Shown: positions 13,008-24,888 of the stretch, piece by piece | Layout of the letters: the number at the start of each line of letters is the position of its first letter | Numbering within the stretch: the stretch's first letter is position 1 | Source of the DNA: Massalongia carnosa | Taxonomy: Eukaryota | Assembly (NCBI GenBank): GCA_965645245.1 | Contig: OZ287084.1 | Coordinates: 620,001-684,000 of the forward strand | DNA: 64,000 bases | Reading direction: 5' to 3' | Program-made: the position numbers and the translations under genes | The notes under the pieces: model-generated | What the model was told of the DNA's origin: nothing | Database searches by the model: none | The model's input: the letters and a program-made list of their open reading frames with translations, nothing else

Positions 13008-14904
13008 TGTTCTTTTCAACCGAAACCAACGCACGTGCCAGCAAATGAGTTTCAACGCTTACAACTTGTATCGGCATCCGAAACGCTTGGGCTATTTTGA
13101 GAATCACATGCAGGTGAAAGGGGAAAATCGTACCATCTTCTTGAAACACGATACTTGCTTTGAAGAGAAACACAGAATCTTTGACGTTGTCGCGGGATCA
13201 TATTCCATTTCCTTCTTTATATATCCTCGATCGGCAGCTGCGCCAGTTTCATTCTATCTCAAGGTAATTCATTCAGGAGGGCCAGAGAGATGCCTAGCCA
13301 GCGCAAAGAACATATTTCGGCAAAACGCCAACCATGCAGTTATGGGACAATGCCCTGGGATATCTGAAAGGTTTTGATAGATGAGCAACCGGCGCATTCG
13401 GAGTCCAGGCATAGTTTTCCATGGCCCGAGTGGAGGCTGAATCACAGGATAGATGGACAAGGCCTTGAAACCTGGTATGGAGGGAGGCATTCAATATCTA
13501 CAAAGGTATAAGGCGTTATTTATGTCTTGCTTTTCGACCAAGCTTTCTTTTCTTGCTAGTGGCTTAGCATTCTTCTAAGCAAATGGGTTTTGGGGGTGTT
13601 TCAGAACGGATGGCTAAAAGGAGAGGAGGAATCGTTGCTCAATGGGAGAATGGAATACCCCTCTAAGCCACCTTTTAAAAACAAAAATCCAATCATCTAG
13701 ATATTTTCTCAGTCAACACTATGATTTCCCATTCGTTCTGGCCTTTCTGTCTCATGCTGGATTTTACGTCTTCTTGGTTCATCGCTTTAGCAACCTTAAT
13801 AATCTAAGTGAATGCGGTGAAGCTTTAAGAAATAGAACTCTATGTCCTATATTCCTCGAATTCCGAACTTGCCATTTCCATAATCTTCTTTCGTTATGTT
13901 CGTATTCGGCTTTCGATTCGAGCTTGAATACTCTGACCTCTTGCTCCTTACGACACGAAGGTCCAGTTAGCAAACGGTGCGTTGTTCTTCGTTTGTTCGT
14001 TTGTTCGTTTCTCGAGTTGCCTTGCGTGATAAGTATGACAAATGGAGGAAGAGACGAAGGAAGAAAGGGAAGGGTAATGGATATCCATGTAAGCCATGAA
14101 GAGAGATAGTGACAGGAGGGGGGGGGGAGGGAGGATATGAGAGGGAAGAGGGGAGATTCGCATGCAGAGATCTCTTCCTTCCTCTCTCTATCTACTTCGT
14201 TGCTTACAATTTAGTTACTTATCTGAAACCGATTATCCTAGGTATCTATACAAATAGTTTCCTCATTATCTAGGTCTTCTTCAGTCTTTCTGTTCATTGC
14301 ATCGTCTCCATTCCACCAATTCTTATTCATATTTCCTTTTTCTTTCCTTTTTCTTTCCTTTTTCTTTCATTTTTTTCCTCCGTCTTTTCCCCCTTCTTCT
14401 TCTTCTTCGTCCCCCACTCTCTCCTCACTCACATCTTCTTTCTTTCATTTCCATTCATTCGTTCGTTCGTTCCTCAATCTCGTGAACTCGTTCTTCCAAA
14501 ACTCCCAAGTAAAAAAACACAAATGCGCTCCGATTTCAAGTTTCAGGGACAAGAAACGGGAAACGGCGAGAGAGAAAAAAAAAGACGATGTTGGTTGATA
14601 AGAAGAGAAATAGTGGAATGCGGGAAAGAAGAAGCCGGCGGGAAAAGAAAAGGGAGTGGAGATGAAATAAAATAGTAAAGAAGAGAGAAAGAGCGAAAAG
14701 AAGAAGAAAAAGTAGCGTCAAAAGCGTCCAAAAAAATAATAAACAAACATCAAAATCATTCATCCACTTGATCCTCGACTGCACGAGCGAATGAATAACA
14801 GAGGAGGGGGGGGGGGAAAGGCACAACAGAAATCTAGATAAAGATCAGACCCCCCTTACCTCTATTTATCTTTATTCCCTCGCTTTATCCCCTCTCCACC
14901 ACAG

Positions 14905-15810
14905 GTCAGACATCGACTCAGAGCCGGAGGTCAATCGAAGGTCATTTCTTTCGCATGCAGCAGATTACTTAACAAACTCCGAGGCAAGGCAGATCGCAAA
15001 CGCCTTCCAAATTCCATCCCGGGCGAGCTGAAGCACACATGTGCCAAAAACCTATTGATCGACGCAAAAACCATTCAACCACTCAAACCACACCCATCAT
15101 GACTCGAATCCTTTCCAACGCATCTCCGCGAAGTCTTCATAGCAACGTCAACTCGTCAAAAACAAATGCAGACACTTAAAGCACGACAGCTGAAAGTCTG
15201 AAAAGACTCGTGACGTGCATATCAAAATCGCGACATCGAATTCTTCATAGCTCAGTCAGTCCCATTGAGTAAAAAACGTCTGAAAATACACACGCTGCTG
15301 AAAAAGACAGAACGCGTTTTGACGACACAGATCCGCATCGATAGGATCGATTTAGCTGACTTTCTCTATCAGCAACGGATTCCCGCCGTCATCTCATCGA
15401 TCTGCTCATGCACCTGACACAGACAAACTTCAGAACACGTAATAATGTTATGTTCTATAAACCTATTGACAATAGAGAACAGATGTTTCGCATCGTTGAC
15501 ACGAACAACTATCAACAGCTAATCAAAACATCAAAAAATTTTAAAGATATGAACTGCTTGACTAATGAAAACAGATTTTATTGATTCAATTCTCACTGAC
15601 ATTCACACACTGTTGTACAATCAACAGTAATTCCACTTATCTTTTTCTTCTCGTCTTACAATGCGTCACAATCCTCGTTCTGCGTCAGCGTCGACCCGAT
15701 GTCACATCGGACATGTATCAAGGAATATATGATTTAACTTTAGATAGCTTTGCCCGCATGAGCCGGCCTACGGACGGTGACATATTGGAGTATGAATACA
15801 TCATCATCCC
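14905..15810 (+). mobile_element. Degenerate, 5'-truncated non-LTR retrotransposon (fungal Tad1-like LINE, ORF2 C-terminus)
   Basis: The frame from 14908 reads ...KIHTLLKKTERVLTTQIRIDRIDLADFLYQQRIPAVISSICSCT*HRQTSEHVIMLC... then REQMFRIVDTNNYQQLI...*LMKTDLLIQFSL. This resembles the Q(I/L)RTGxIGL...CxC...HxxxxC zinc-knuckle tail of fungal LINE ORF2. It carries several stops and frameshifts. Boundaries are approximate. Confidence 0.8.
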
Positions 15811-16066
15811 CCGTCCACTCTGCATCCTGAATTCCCTGACACAATGACCATCAAACTCCCCCCCACCCACAACCACCCAATCCTCCCTCCCCGCCACTGC
15901 ACCCCCGGTCAGTTTCCCAGAATATGCCAATAGCCTAAAGAGGAAAGAAGAAAGAAGAGATCTTTTCGCGTATAAAAGGAGTGTGAAGCAGAATGACAAT
16001 AAGCGAGGAGTGGGAAGCGGGGAGGTGGGAAAGAACGGAAAGCAAAGGGGAAATGGAGATTGGGAT

Positions 16067-16125
16067 CGGGACGGGGACGGGGACGGGGACGGGGACGGGG
16101 ACGAGGACGAGGACGAGGACGAGGA
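16067..16125. repeat. Compound hexamer microsatellite (GGGACG)n(AGGACG)n
   Basis: Directly visible tandem hexamers. Confidence 0.9.
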
Positions 16126-16333
16126 TAGGTCGGTCATGTTGGGAGGGGGAGGGAGGGAGGAGTGAGGAGGAGATGAGGAGAGGATGAAGAACGAGGCTTC
16201 TTTTTTTTAACGAAAAGGGGGGATTGCAAATGGAGGGAGAGAAGTGTTAGGAGTCGATATTGTTAGAATTGAATCCTGCGGCGATATATACTTCTTCCGC
16301 TGACAGCATCTATCCAGCCCCTTGCCTCTCTTC

Positions 16334-17212
16334 TCATGCCGGCTCTATGCCAATCCCAAACCTCCTCGCCACCTCCAGGAACCCCCCCTCCCCCAGCCCC
16401 AGCCCCACCCACATATCAACCCATTTCTCCTTCTTCGCTTGATCCGCCGCCTCCTGCGGCCACCGCTCCTGGTCCTCGCGTTCCACATACACGGTCTGAA
16501 ACCCGCACGCTCTTGCGCCCTTCAGATCCCCCAGATGTGCCGCCACCAGCGCGCATTCATTCGCACGGAACCCCAGCTCCCGGGCCGCCCCGTCATACAC
16601 CAAGGGGGAGGGCTTGTAAGCATGGAAGTGTTCGGCGGAGAAGATGCGGGTCCAGGGGAGGTGGGCATGGCCAGCCATGTCACTCAGGAGACTAATGTTC
16701 CCGTTTGAAAGGGCACAAATGGAGAATCTCGTCTTGAGCGCGGTGAGCCCTTGCACGGCGTCGGGCCAGGGGTCCAGGAAGTGCCAGATGCGCACCAAGC
16801 TGCGGATTTCGTCGGGCGTCCAGAGGCCGGTGAGCTGGTGCCTTTCGAGCAGTTCGGCGAGAGAGGTGGGCAGGAAATCGTCAACTGTTACAAAGGGAGT
16901 GGTGGGGCTGTAGGTTTTGGCAAGGTGGGTGTAAGCTTGGTTCCATTCTTCTGCGATGGTAGACCAGGAGGTATTGGATGCTTGAAGGCGAACGGCAGAG
17001 GCAATAGAGGCGGAAGGAGAGTTGAGAGCCTGTGACGCGGCGGTGGAGAGGGCATCGGTTATAGTTTGCTGGTCGTTGACGACTGTGCCAAAGACCTAGG
17101 TGGGAGCGTGGAGATGGTTAGTTTTTGGGGGGGGCGGGGGAGGGGGGTCGATGGAAGCAAGAGCGGGGCTTACGTCGAAGAGAAGAGCCTTTGGCGGGTT
17201 TGAAGTGCACAT
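16334..17212 (-). CDS. Haloacid dehalogenase type II (HAD-like hydrolase), ~266 aa; exons 17212-17174, 17095-16334
   Basis: Splicing gives KALLFD|VFGTVV (HAD motif I), WHFLDPWPD, LSNGN, SAEHFHAYKPSP and VAAHLGDLKGARACGFQTVYVER. One GTAAGC...TAG intron with a CTAAC branch site. Confidence 0.9.
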
Positions 17213-17990
17213 TGTGAGAGTATGAAGTCGATGATTCCTTTCAGGCGCACAGACTATGCGTCTTTCACCTCGTTTTCCATGTGTTCGATGGTGAGGAGCT
17301 CCAACGTCGACAGACCCTGAACCATTGATGTCACCAAGGTAGGTGCAGTGGCGAGCGAGACGACATGCCCCGCACTTTGGGGTTTCCCTTGGCGCTCGGC
17401 CTCCTGGAGACTTGAAGTTACATCCTTCGTTGAAGTCATGATGAATAGAGGCGGTAGTCTTCTGAAAGCTGCTCTACTCCCATGTTTCGAGAGACTGTTG
17501 GCTTTGATTTTTGGGGATAATGTCACTTGAGTACAAAGCGCTCTCCGTGCAGCCATCAGAGTCAGCCATGTTCTTGACTAACTAGATTGAATGGGTCCTG
17601 AGCAACTGCGTCGACAAGACACCGCTAAAGCCGGGCAATATCACCGGCGTCAAGTACGAAGCATGCAGTCGTTCCATGCAGCGGCATTGTCTGTGTTGTC
17701 AGGCACGATCACCAACTAAATCATGCATCTAGGCTTGGCCACCTTTCCGCCCATGCGTGTGAGTGGGAGGGTGTGACGGAGGTGCATGGAAAGTGCCGAC
17801 AAGTCCCTGATTTAGGCATTGACTTTATGCTTAGGATTGATAAACCACTGAAGACGTCGTCGATTCCAGAGTGTCATGACGATGCTGGAGTTGCGAGAGT
17901 TGCGAGAGTTGAGACTTCGTGTTTCAACTCCGTCGGGCATCCACATACTGTTGATACTGTTGGGCAATGTGCTGCCATTTGACATCTCAC

Positions 17991-18034
17991 GCCATGCCAT
18001 GCCCTGCCCTGCCCTGCCATGCCATGCCATGCCA
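17991..18034. repeat. Pentamer microsatellite (GCCAT/GCCCT)n
   Basis: gccatgccatgccctgccctgccctgccatgccatgccatgcca. Confidence 0.9.
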
Positions 18035-18044
18035 CTGCCAGGTC

Positions 18045-18170
18045 GTACAGAGTACAGAGTACAGCGTACAGCGTACAGCGTACAGCGTACAGAGTACGGT
18101 GTACAGCGATCAGCGTACAGCGTACAGTGTACAGCGTACAGCGTACAGCGTATAGCTTACAATGTACAGC
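18045..18170. repeat. Heptamer tandem array (TACAG[C/A]G)n, about 17 degenerate units
   Basis: gtacagagtacagagtacagcgtacagcgtacagcg... with no unique spacers. Confidence 0.9.
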
Positions 18171-20384
18171 GACACTGTACTCCGTTCTCTCCCGAGTACT
18201 CTACTCTGTACTCGTTCGTACCTGCCTGTCACTCATCACTCGTCACTCATCCTCATGTCCGTTACGCTAACTACACGTATACGGATACCTCAACGGGCAA
18301 AGAGGAGATTAAATAGTGATCCTACGGCAAAATCTATTGGTTTTCCCCTCCGGCTTCCGAGACGCCCCCCGGATTGCAGGGCTTTTTTTTTTTTTAGTCG
18401 TGGAGGCGGTGATTTGTGATGAACTGATTGTCATTTGCCCCTCCTCGATCCTCTCTCGCCTAGCGTATCCCACCGGTCGAAGGGACTCTTCTCCTTCTCG
18501 CTTCTTCAATGTTCGAAATCCCCCTTTGGCTTCCCCTGCGTGAGCCATTCCTCCACTCTCCTGCTTCACTCTCGAGGGAGTACGCTGTGCGATGGTTGTA
18601 GTTGAGGCCGTGAAACGCCGTCACCCAATGTGAGGAATACTAACATTTGTCGTAAAGCCAGATGAGCGAGTACAACTAGACCGGGAATCACCAACCGGGA
18701 TCAAGATTACTCCGGTTTAGGAATGGTCTGAAACATGGCGATGGGCTAGCTCAGGAACTTGACCTTATTTTACCTGATCAAACCCGCGATTCGTCGAGCG
18801 ACTTCGGACAAGCTCACGTTACAGGTGGAAACCATGGTCCTCGCTGCCGCTAACCTAAAACCCCTCCTCCTCCACCCCCAACCTGGCGCTACACCTTTAC
18901 TCCGTACACACCTTACTCTTTACTCCGTACTCCGTACTCCGTACTCTGTACTCTGTACTCGGTAAAACTCCCCTTCCTCCAGAGCCCATTCCCGGTCTAA
19001 CTGTCTTCGTGCTGGTGATATTATCCAAGAGCTCGGGACGGTTGCCTTTCCTCCTCCCTCCCACTCGCCCTTTGGCCAGCTGCTGATGATCGCCCGGCCC
19101 CTTCGTCCCTCACGAACGCCACCCGATGCTCGATGGTAAATGCTCGTCCAGGATGTTCATGGATGCTATCAATTGTTTGGATGGACCATCGACATGAATC
19201 CACGCTTGCACATACCAACGGAAATTGGACACCACCGTAATTCAGAAAACCCCCTTGGCTTCCCATTCTCCTAGTGACCAAGGCTCATCCCATTCGTCAA
19301 TCACTTCAAACTTTTCGCTTCCATTCATACCCGCGCTGTTTGAGCCCAACATTCCTCCCCCCCTGGTCACAAATTATAATCCATTTGCTGTGAATCGTCG
19401 GTTCTGCTAAGTTTACCCGCTCTTGGCTTGAGGCAAAAAACTTATGCTCGTTCCGAGACATGGATGGTAGAGAATGAAGGACTGGATGCACTTGAACTTT
19501 CCCCCACCCCCCACCCCCAAACAGCTGCCTATCTAACTCATTCCTCCCAATCTTGACTTCATACTGTACGGAGACGGATCTTCTTAGTGGTACTCGGTGT
19601 GCTGATGTGGATTGTTGTCGGATGGACTAAGAAGTCTGCTCTTTGCTTAGGGTGTGAGTAAAACGGTTAGGAAAAGATCTCGGCCCGCAAGGTCAATCTT
19701 ACCATCAACGTTGACTGTCCCGCTCCGTTGCGGTGTGGATCTTCGTTGCAGCTTTGCGAACCCGCGAAATCCAATGCGTTAACGAAGCGTGTTGTTTCAA
19801 AGTATTTACAGGCTGAATCGGAGCGCGGCCACCATGTGGGTTGCTCTGAAGTCTTCATGAATGAGACTGACAAATGGGCGGTAGATTATTATAATCAAAT
19901 GATAATTCATAACCTGCCTGTTGTTCACCCATTGACTTCGGCTTTTGCTGCACATAGATTGCGGAGGCAACGGTGAGAGATCACCCAGACGTAAGTTAGA
20001 CCGCGTCAGTATCGATAAACCCAGAACTGCGTCACCCCCAGAGGACCGTGAATCGCGCTCTCTCCGTCGACACAACCACGATCAACATCAATTCTTTGAC
20101 AGGACCGCGCACAAGATATATCCAAGGAACGGGAAGGGTTAGCACTCGTCGAATGAAAGGGTATGGGTCATATTGCCAGCGGCATTGCTCATGCACTCTT
20201 GTTGTCGCATACGGTGCTGACCTTCAACAGGCCCGAGAGCCAAAATTCCCACTCCATTCGAGGCATCTGCGCACCGGCAGCTAGGTGAGGAGAAGGCAAT
20301 TGTCGAGAATCGGGGAGGTTTCGACCATCTGCATGCACACTGAACGGCGGATTTGAGTCGGTAAAGTGTAAAAGCTTGGATATT

Positions 20385-23300
20385 ATGGCACTCCAAGTGG
20401 ACTTCGCCGCCCCGGCGCAAGCACTGCCAAACTCAGGAGGTCTTTTGTTCCAAACACCCGAGGCCGCTTCATGGCAGTCATCACCTCACGGATCATCGTC
20501 ACCATTCGCATCTCCGTCACCCGCACCTGGATACCCGGGGGAGAGAGCATACTCCCGAGATAAAGACATCTGCAACGACGAAAACGTCTTTGCGTTAGAC
20601 CCAAGAAGGTTCACCCCCAACCTGCACGCTTCGCTGGTGTCGGAGATTCTTTCCCTACGACGGGAAGTCGAGAGTAAGAACACGGCCCTGGAACGTTTGG
20701 AGGAAAACCTGCACGATTCCAGGGCAGAGAATGGACAGCTGAACGAAAGCTTGCGAACTCAAACGGCAGAGGCACGCTCGGTCAAGAGGCAAATCCAGTT
20801 GCTTGAAACCGGAACGCTATCAGCCCTTGGCGAACTGGCAAAGGAAAGGGATGAGGCGGTGGAAAACCTAAGCGATACACAGAAGCGATTGGAGGCGACC
20901 AAATACAAAGCGCGTGCCCATGAGGACGAGGCTGGAAGAACCCATGGGCTCTGGGAGCGAGATCGACAGGCCTGGGACGATGAAAAACGAAATCTGGAAC
21001 GCAAAGTGCATGTGGTGGAAGGCCGTCTAAAGACGGTGCTGACGGAAGTCGCAGCTGCACAAGCCAATGCGGCACAGCAGCCCTCAAGTAATGAGCTCGA
21101 CCATGGGATGCGAGAAACTTGGTTCACCAATTCAAGCGATTCAACTAGCAATCAATTAAACAGCCTCAGAGGTCGCTCTCGGTTTAGCGGCCTGAGCAAC
21201 AACACCCAGGACGGCAGTGACGTCCCAAATTCGCGGATTTCAACCCTGAGCGAGTTAAACGAGGTTGATGCAACAAAGCTGAATGGCTTGAGTTTGGCTG
21301 AAGAACTAGAGTTTGACGATAATGAAGAGGACAATCTGGAAGACTTCGACATAGATGGTGGCCTTGCATCGCCAGACGCGTTGCCTGAGGAGGCTCAGAT
21401 GAGACATCGACGCAACTCCTCAGTCCAATCGCAGTCACAAGATCAGAAGGCGCGAAAAATCCTAGGCCTTCTAACGGGGAGCAATGAGCGTTTGATGCAG
21501 GAGGAGAGCACGACGGAAAAGTACATGAAACGGATTGACGAGAAGACTTATTATCCACCCAACGAACCGGCTCCTGAATACAAGGACACCGGAACACAGT
21601 TTTCTCCACCGCTCTCGCCCAAATCCTCTATGCAAGATGCCGATACTCTTGTAGAAAAGAACGTGGAGCAAACAGAAAACACCGCCAATCAACGGCGAAA
21701 GCGTGTGTCGATAGCGTCAATCACATTGGAACAGCCAACTTTTATGAAACCTGGAACGTCAGCAATTCCGCCAATGGTCTCCATAGCTTCTCAAACTTTG
21801 GAACCACTGAGCCCTCCGTTAACACCATTGAGTACTAATGCGCCGTCGATTCCAACTGCTATCCTTACGAATCGCGTGGTAGAAATGAAATCGTCAGCGA
21901 CGCAAACAAATGAGGATATAATAAAAGTGTCTACTAGTACCCATGAATGCGCCTTGATCATGGTGCCGACCATAGCAATCCACCCTCCGGCATCAAGACC
22001 GACCTCCTCTCATACCAGTGTCGTCCTCCCTCCGCGCACAAAGAGTGTCGCTTGCCAAGTATCAAAAGATTTTCCAGGTGCTTCAAGGTCGGTAGCGGTC
22101 CAGACGGAACAGATTCGCGCAGATAGACGACCACTTAAAATACCACCAAGATTAACTGCCACGACTGTTCCTTCCAAACCATCAAATTGGCGTCATGATG
22201 ATTTGAAGGACTCTGCAAGAAATCAAGTTGGCCTCCGTCAAAGTTCAAGGAAGAATTTCTATCACCCTTCAGAGAATCCTCCACTACCACGTGCAGGAGG
22301 GTCTACCGAGGAAACGGTAGACTCATACCCTGGAAACAATGACAACGGCCCCCTGAACAAGCTGCAATCTTCGGATCTGAGACGGCCAATCAGGAAAGAG
22401 AGTCTATTTGCAGGCTTCGAGAGCGCAAGCGATGAAGAAGCTCCTGCGATCCCGGATACTGGGTTTAGCGACGATGATTTCGCTACTGCAGCACCGATCC
22501 GCAAAACGTTGTCCAAAGTTCAAAACTCATGGAAGCTGGTTCCACGTGCGAAAATCTTAGACATGGGTTTACTGCGGTCGGACAAGGACGGGGATGGAAG
22601 TAGAAAGCTATCCGAAAATATACCCCCTCCGCGAGAGTCATCCTTAAATAAAAGGCAGCTTCCTGCGAAAACGGCTTCTACCAAACCATCCGTGAGGCCT
22701 CCAATTCCCTTCCATGCTGCCAAGGAACCTAGCATTCGACGAACCGCCCTCATATCCAGTGGAGCCGCTGCTCACACAACGCGAGCCAGAAGCCCCAGCG
22801 TTCCTGCTGCCTCCAACAAAGGTCCCTCCGCCGTGGCTCCCCCATTTCCTGTGCCGACGCGATCAAGCTCGCGTCGAATTCCTATCAGCGCCAGCGATGG
22901 AGCACGTAGCCCAACCCCGTATGCTACAAGTTTCTTCGGTGCCGCTCGAGAGCACAGGGCGGGAGGGCCTCCAAGCAGGAGCGCCATTCTTCGGAAGGTC
23001 CGATCCGCCACAGCCGTGCCAAAATTTGGTCGCAGTAATGGCAGGCAGAGTCGCAGCCGATCGCCTCCTCCCTCTACGTCAACCCTAGAGACAGAAAGCC
23101 CACGACTTCCTCGTCTGCCTCAGCATGAGACCTTCCCTCGACCCGAACGCCAGGACCAGAAGCCTCCCGACATGTCTTCTTTGTCTTCTGTTACTCCTCC
23201 CGTTACCGAAGAGCCGAGCGAATTTCCCAATCAATCGAGTCGCGTAGTTGATGCCATTGCCCAAACCATGGTAGGCGGGTGGATGTGGAAGTATGTACGA

Positions 23301-24432
23301 AGACGGAAATCCTTTGGCATCTCCGAATCCCCACAAGTCGAGTTTGATAGTAGTCGAAGCAACGGCGAGATTGGGGCGGGTAGCGGCATCAGGCACAAAC
23401 GATGGGTTTGGTTGGCTCCCTATGAGCGGGCCATTATGTGGAGTAGCAAGCAACCCACATCGGGATCTGCCTTGCTGGGCAAGGGTGGACGGAAACGTAC
23501 GTAGCATCCGACTTTCTGGATGTAACTTGCTAACAGGCTGTTAAGTCGCTATTCAATCCGTGCTCGACGTCAAAGACGACACCCCAATGCCCAAGAACTC
23601 TGATTCCCCGTCCCCGTTTAACCGGTCTATTCTAATTTTAACACCTCAACGAGCTCTTAAATTTACGGCTACCAGTAGCGAGCGGCATCTCGTTTGGCTT
23701 ACAGCTTTATCGTTTCTCAGCCAGTCCACCCTAGGGATAAACGATCTCACTGACATCCCCTCAGTACCCCGACAGGACTATCTTCCTCCGTTGTCGCGTG
23801 ATTCGAACGGGTTCCCTCGTCGCACCCCTTTCTTCGACTCCATTCGAACCGCCAAACCCAAAGGACGCCCTTTGTTGGACGGCAATCGCGCGTTCACCTC
23901 TCCACTAGTGCTTTCGCACACAGGAATCGACGAAGAGAGGGCGATGCTCCCGGACGATGACATCAACCTGGGAGCCGCAGAAGCTCCTCACGTTCCTCGA
24001 GTCTCCTCGCACAGTCGCAAGCGTAGCAGCACAGGACCACGATCCGGACCGCCAAGCATTTCACATACCTTTACGAATAAAGCTACCATGTCGTCCAGCA
24101 ACATCAATCTTCAAGCCAGCATTTCTCGAGAGGCTTTCTCAGCCTTCCAGCGAGGAAATCCGGGTATTGCAGATAGTAATACAGGCGGTTCGCATGTTAT
24201 TCGGAACAACTTCTTCGACGCCGTCGGGACCGTGCGGATGGAGGCGTTCATCGACGAAGGAGAAAAGCGGACCCCGCCGAGGAAGAAAGAATCCAGAGCC
24301 CATCGTGCCAAGCAATGCCGGAAGAAGGACCTAAGTTATTGGGGGGTTGGCGGGCCGATTGGGCCAGACCAGATGGTGCAGCCGGGAGATGCATCGCGGT
24401 GGAGAGGGGACGATCCTTTCAAGGGATTCTGA
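20385..24432 (+). CDS. Num1/ApsA/Mcp5-type cortical protein with N-terminal coiled coil and C-terminal PH domain, ~1332 aa; exons 20385-23496, 23546-24432
   Basis: Coiled-coil region after DPRRFTPNLHASLVSEILSLRRE. PH domain VVDAIAQTMVGGWMWKYVRRRK...RHKRWVWLAPYERAIMWS...GGRK|LAIQSVLDVKDD...FNRSILILTPQRALKFTA...WLTALSFL. One GTACGT...GCTAAC...AAG intron. The 5' end is uncertain. Confidence 0.85.
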
Positions 24433-24823
24433 TTTCCTGCATGGCTCTATCAGCGGTTTCGTAGGGGTCCCGGCTCGGCTTGTTGGGTATCGAGAGGTAG
24501 GGACGATAAGCACAGGGAATCCGGGTGGATGAGTGGGGCCAGGTCCATGGGAGTTGGGAGTAGAGGATGCAGACTGGAAAAGAAAGTGAAAGGACTGGCG
24601 CGAAACCTTGTATACCCTGGCTTAATTGTCCAACGACATATTCCGTAAGCACTGAGTCCTTATACGAGGTGCCAGTACCACATCGTTGTTTTTTTTCCCC
24701 TTGAGCGCAAGCTTGACTAGACGATGGGAAAACACATAGCCTATTATTATCACCACATCGTATCTCGAAGGAGGAAGATGACAGGAATTCTTTATTTAGT
24801 AGCCCAGCCCGGCTTTTTTTCAG

Positions 24824-24888
24824 TACTATCCTCCCCCGGTCCTATCTTGAAAACATGGGTTTTTTCAAGATACGACCGGGGGATAGTA
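24824..24888. repeat. 65-bp near-perfect inverted repeat flanked by TA (possible minimal MITE or TIR remnant)
   Basis: Left arm tactatcctcccccggtcctatcttgaaaa versus reverse complement of the right arm tactatcccccggtcgtatcttgaaaa. Confidence 0.75.

Noticed and set aside
17254..17556. 100-aa ORF immediately upstream of the HAD gene
   Set aside because: Somewhat protein-like, but no recognisable motif or splice model; unresolved.
18045..18170. Repeat array considered as CRISPR-like
   Set aside because: Eukaryotic context, 7-bp contiguous units, no spacers and no cas genes.
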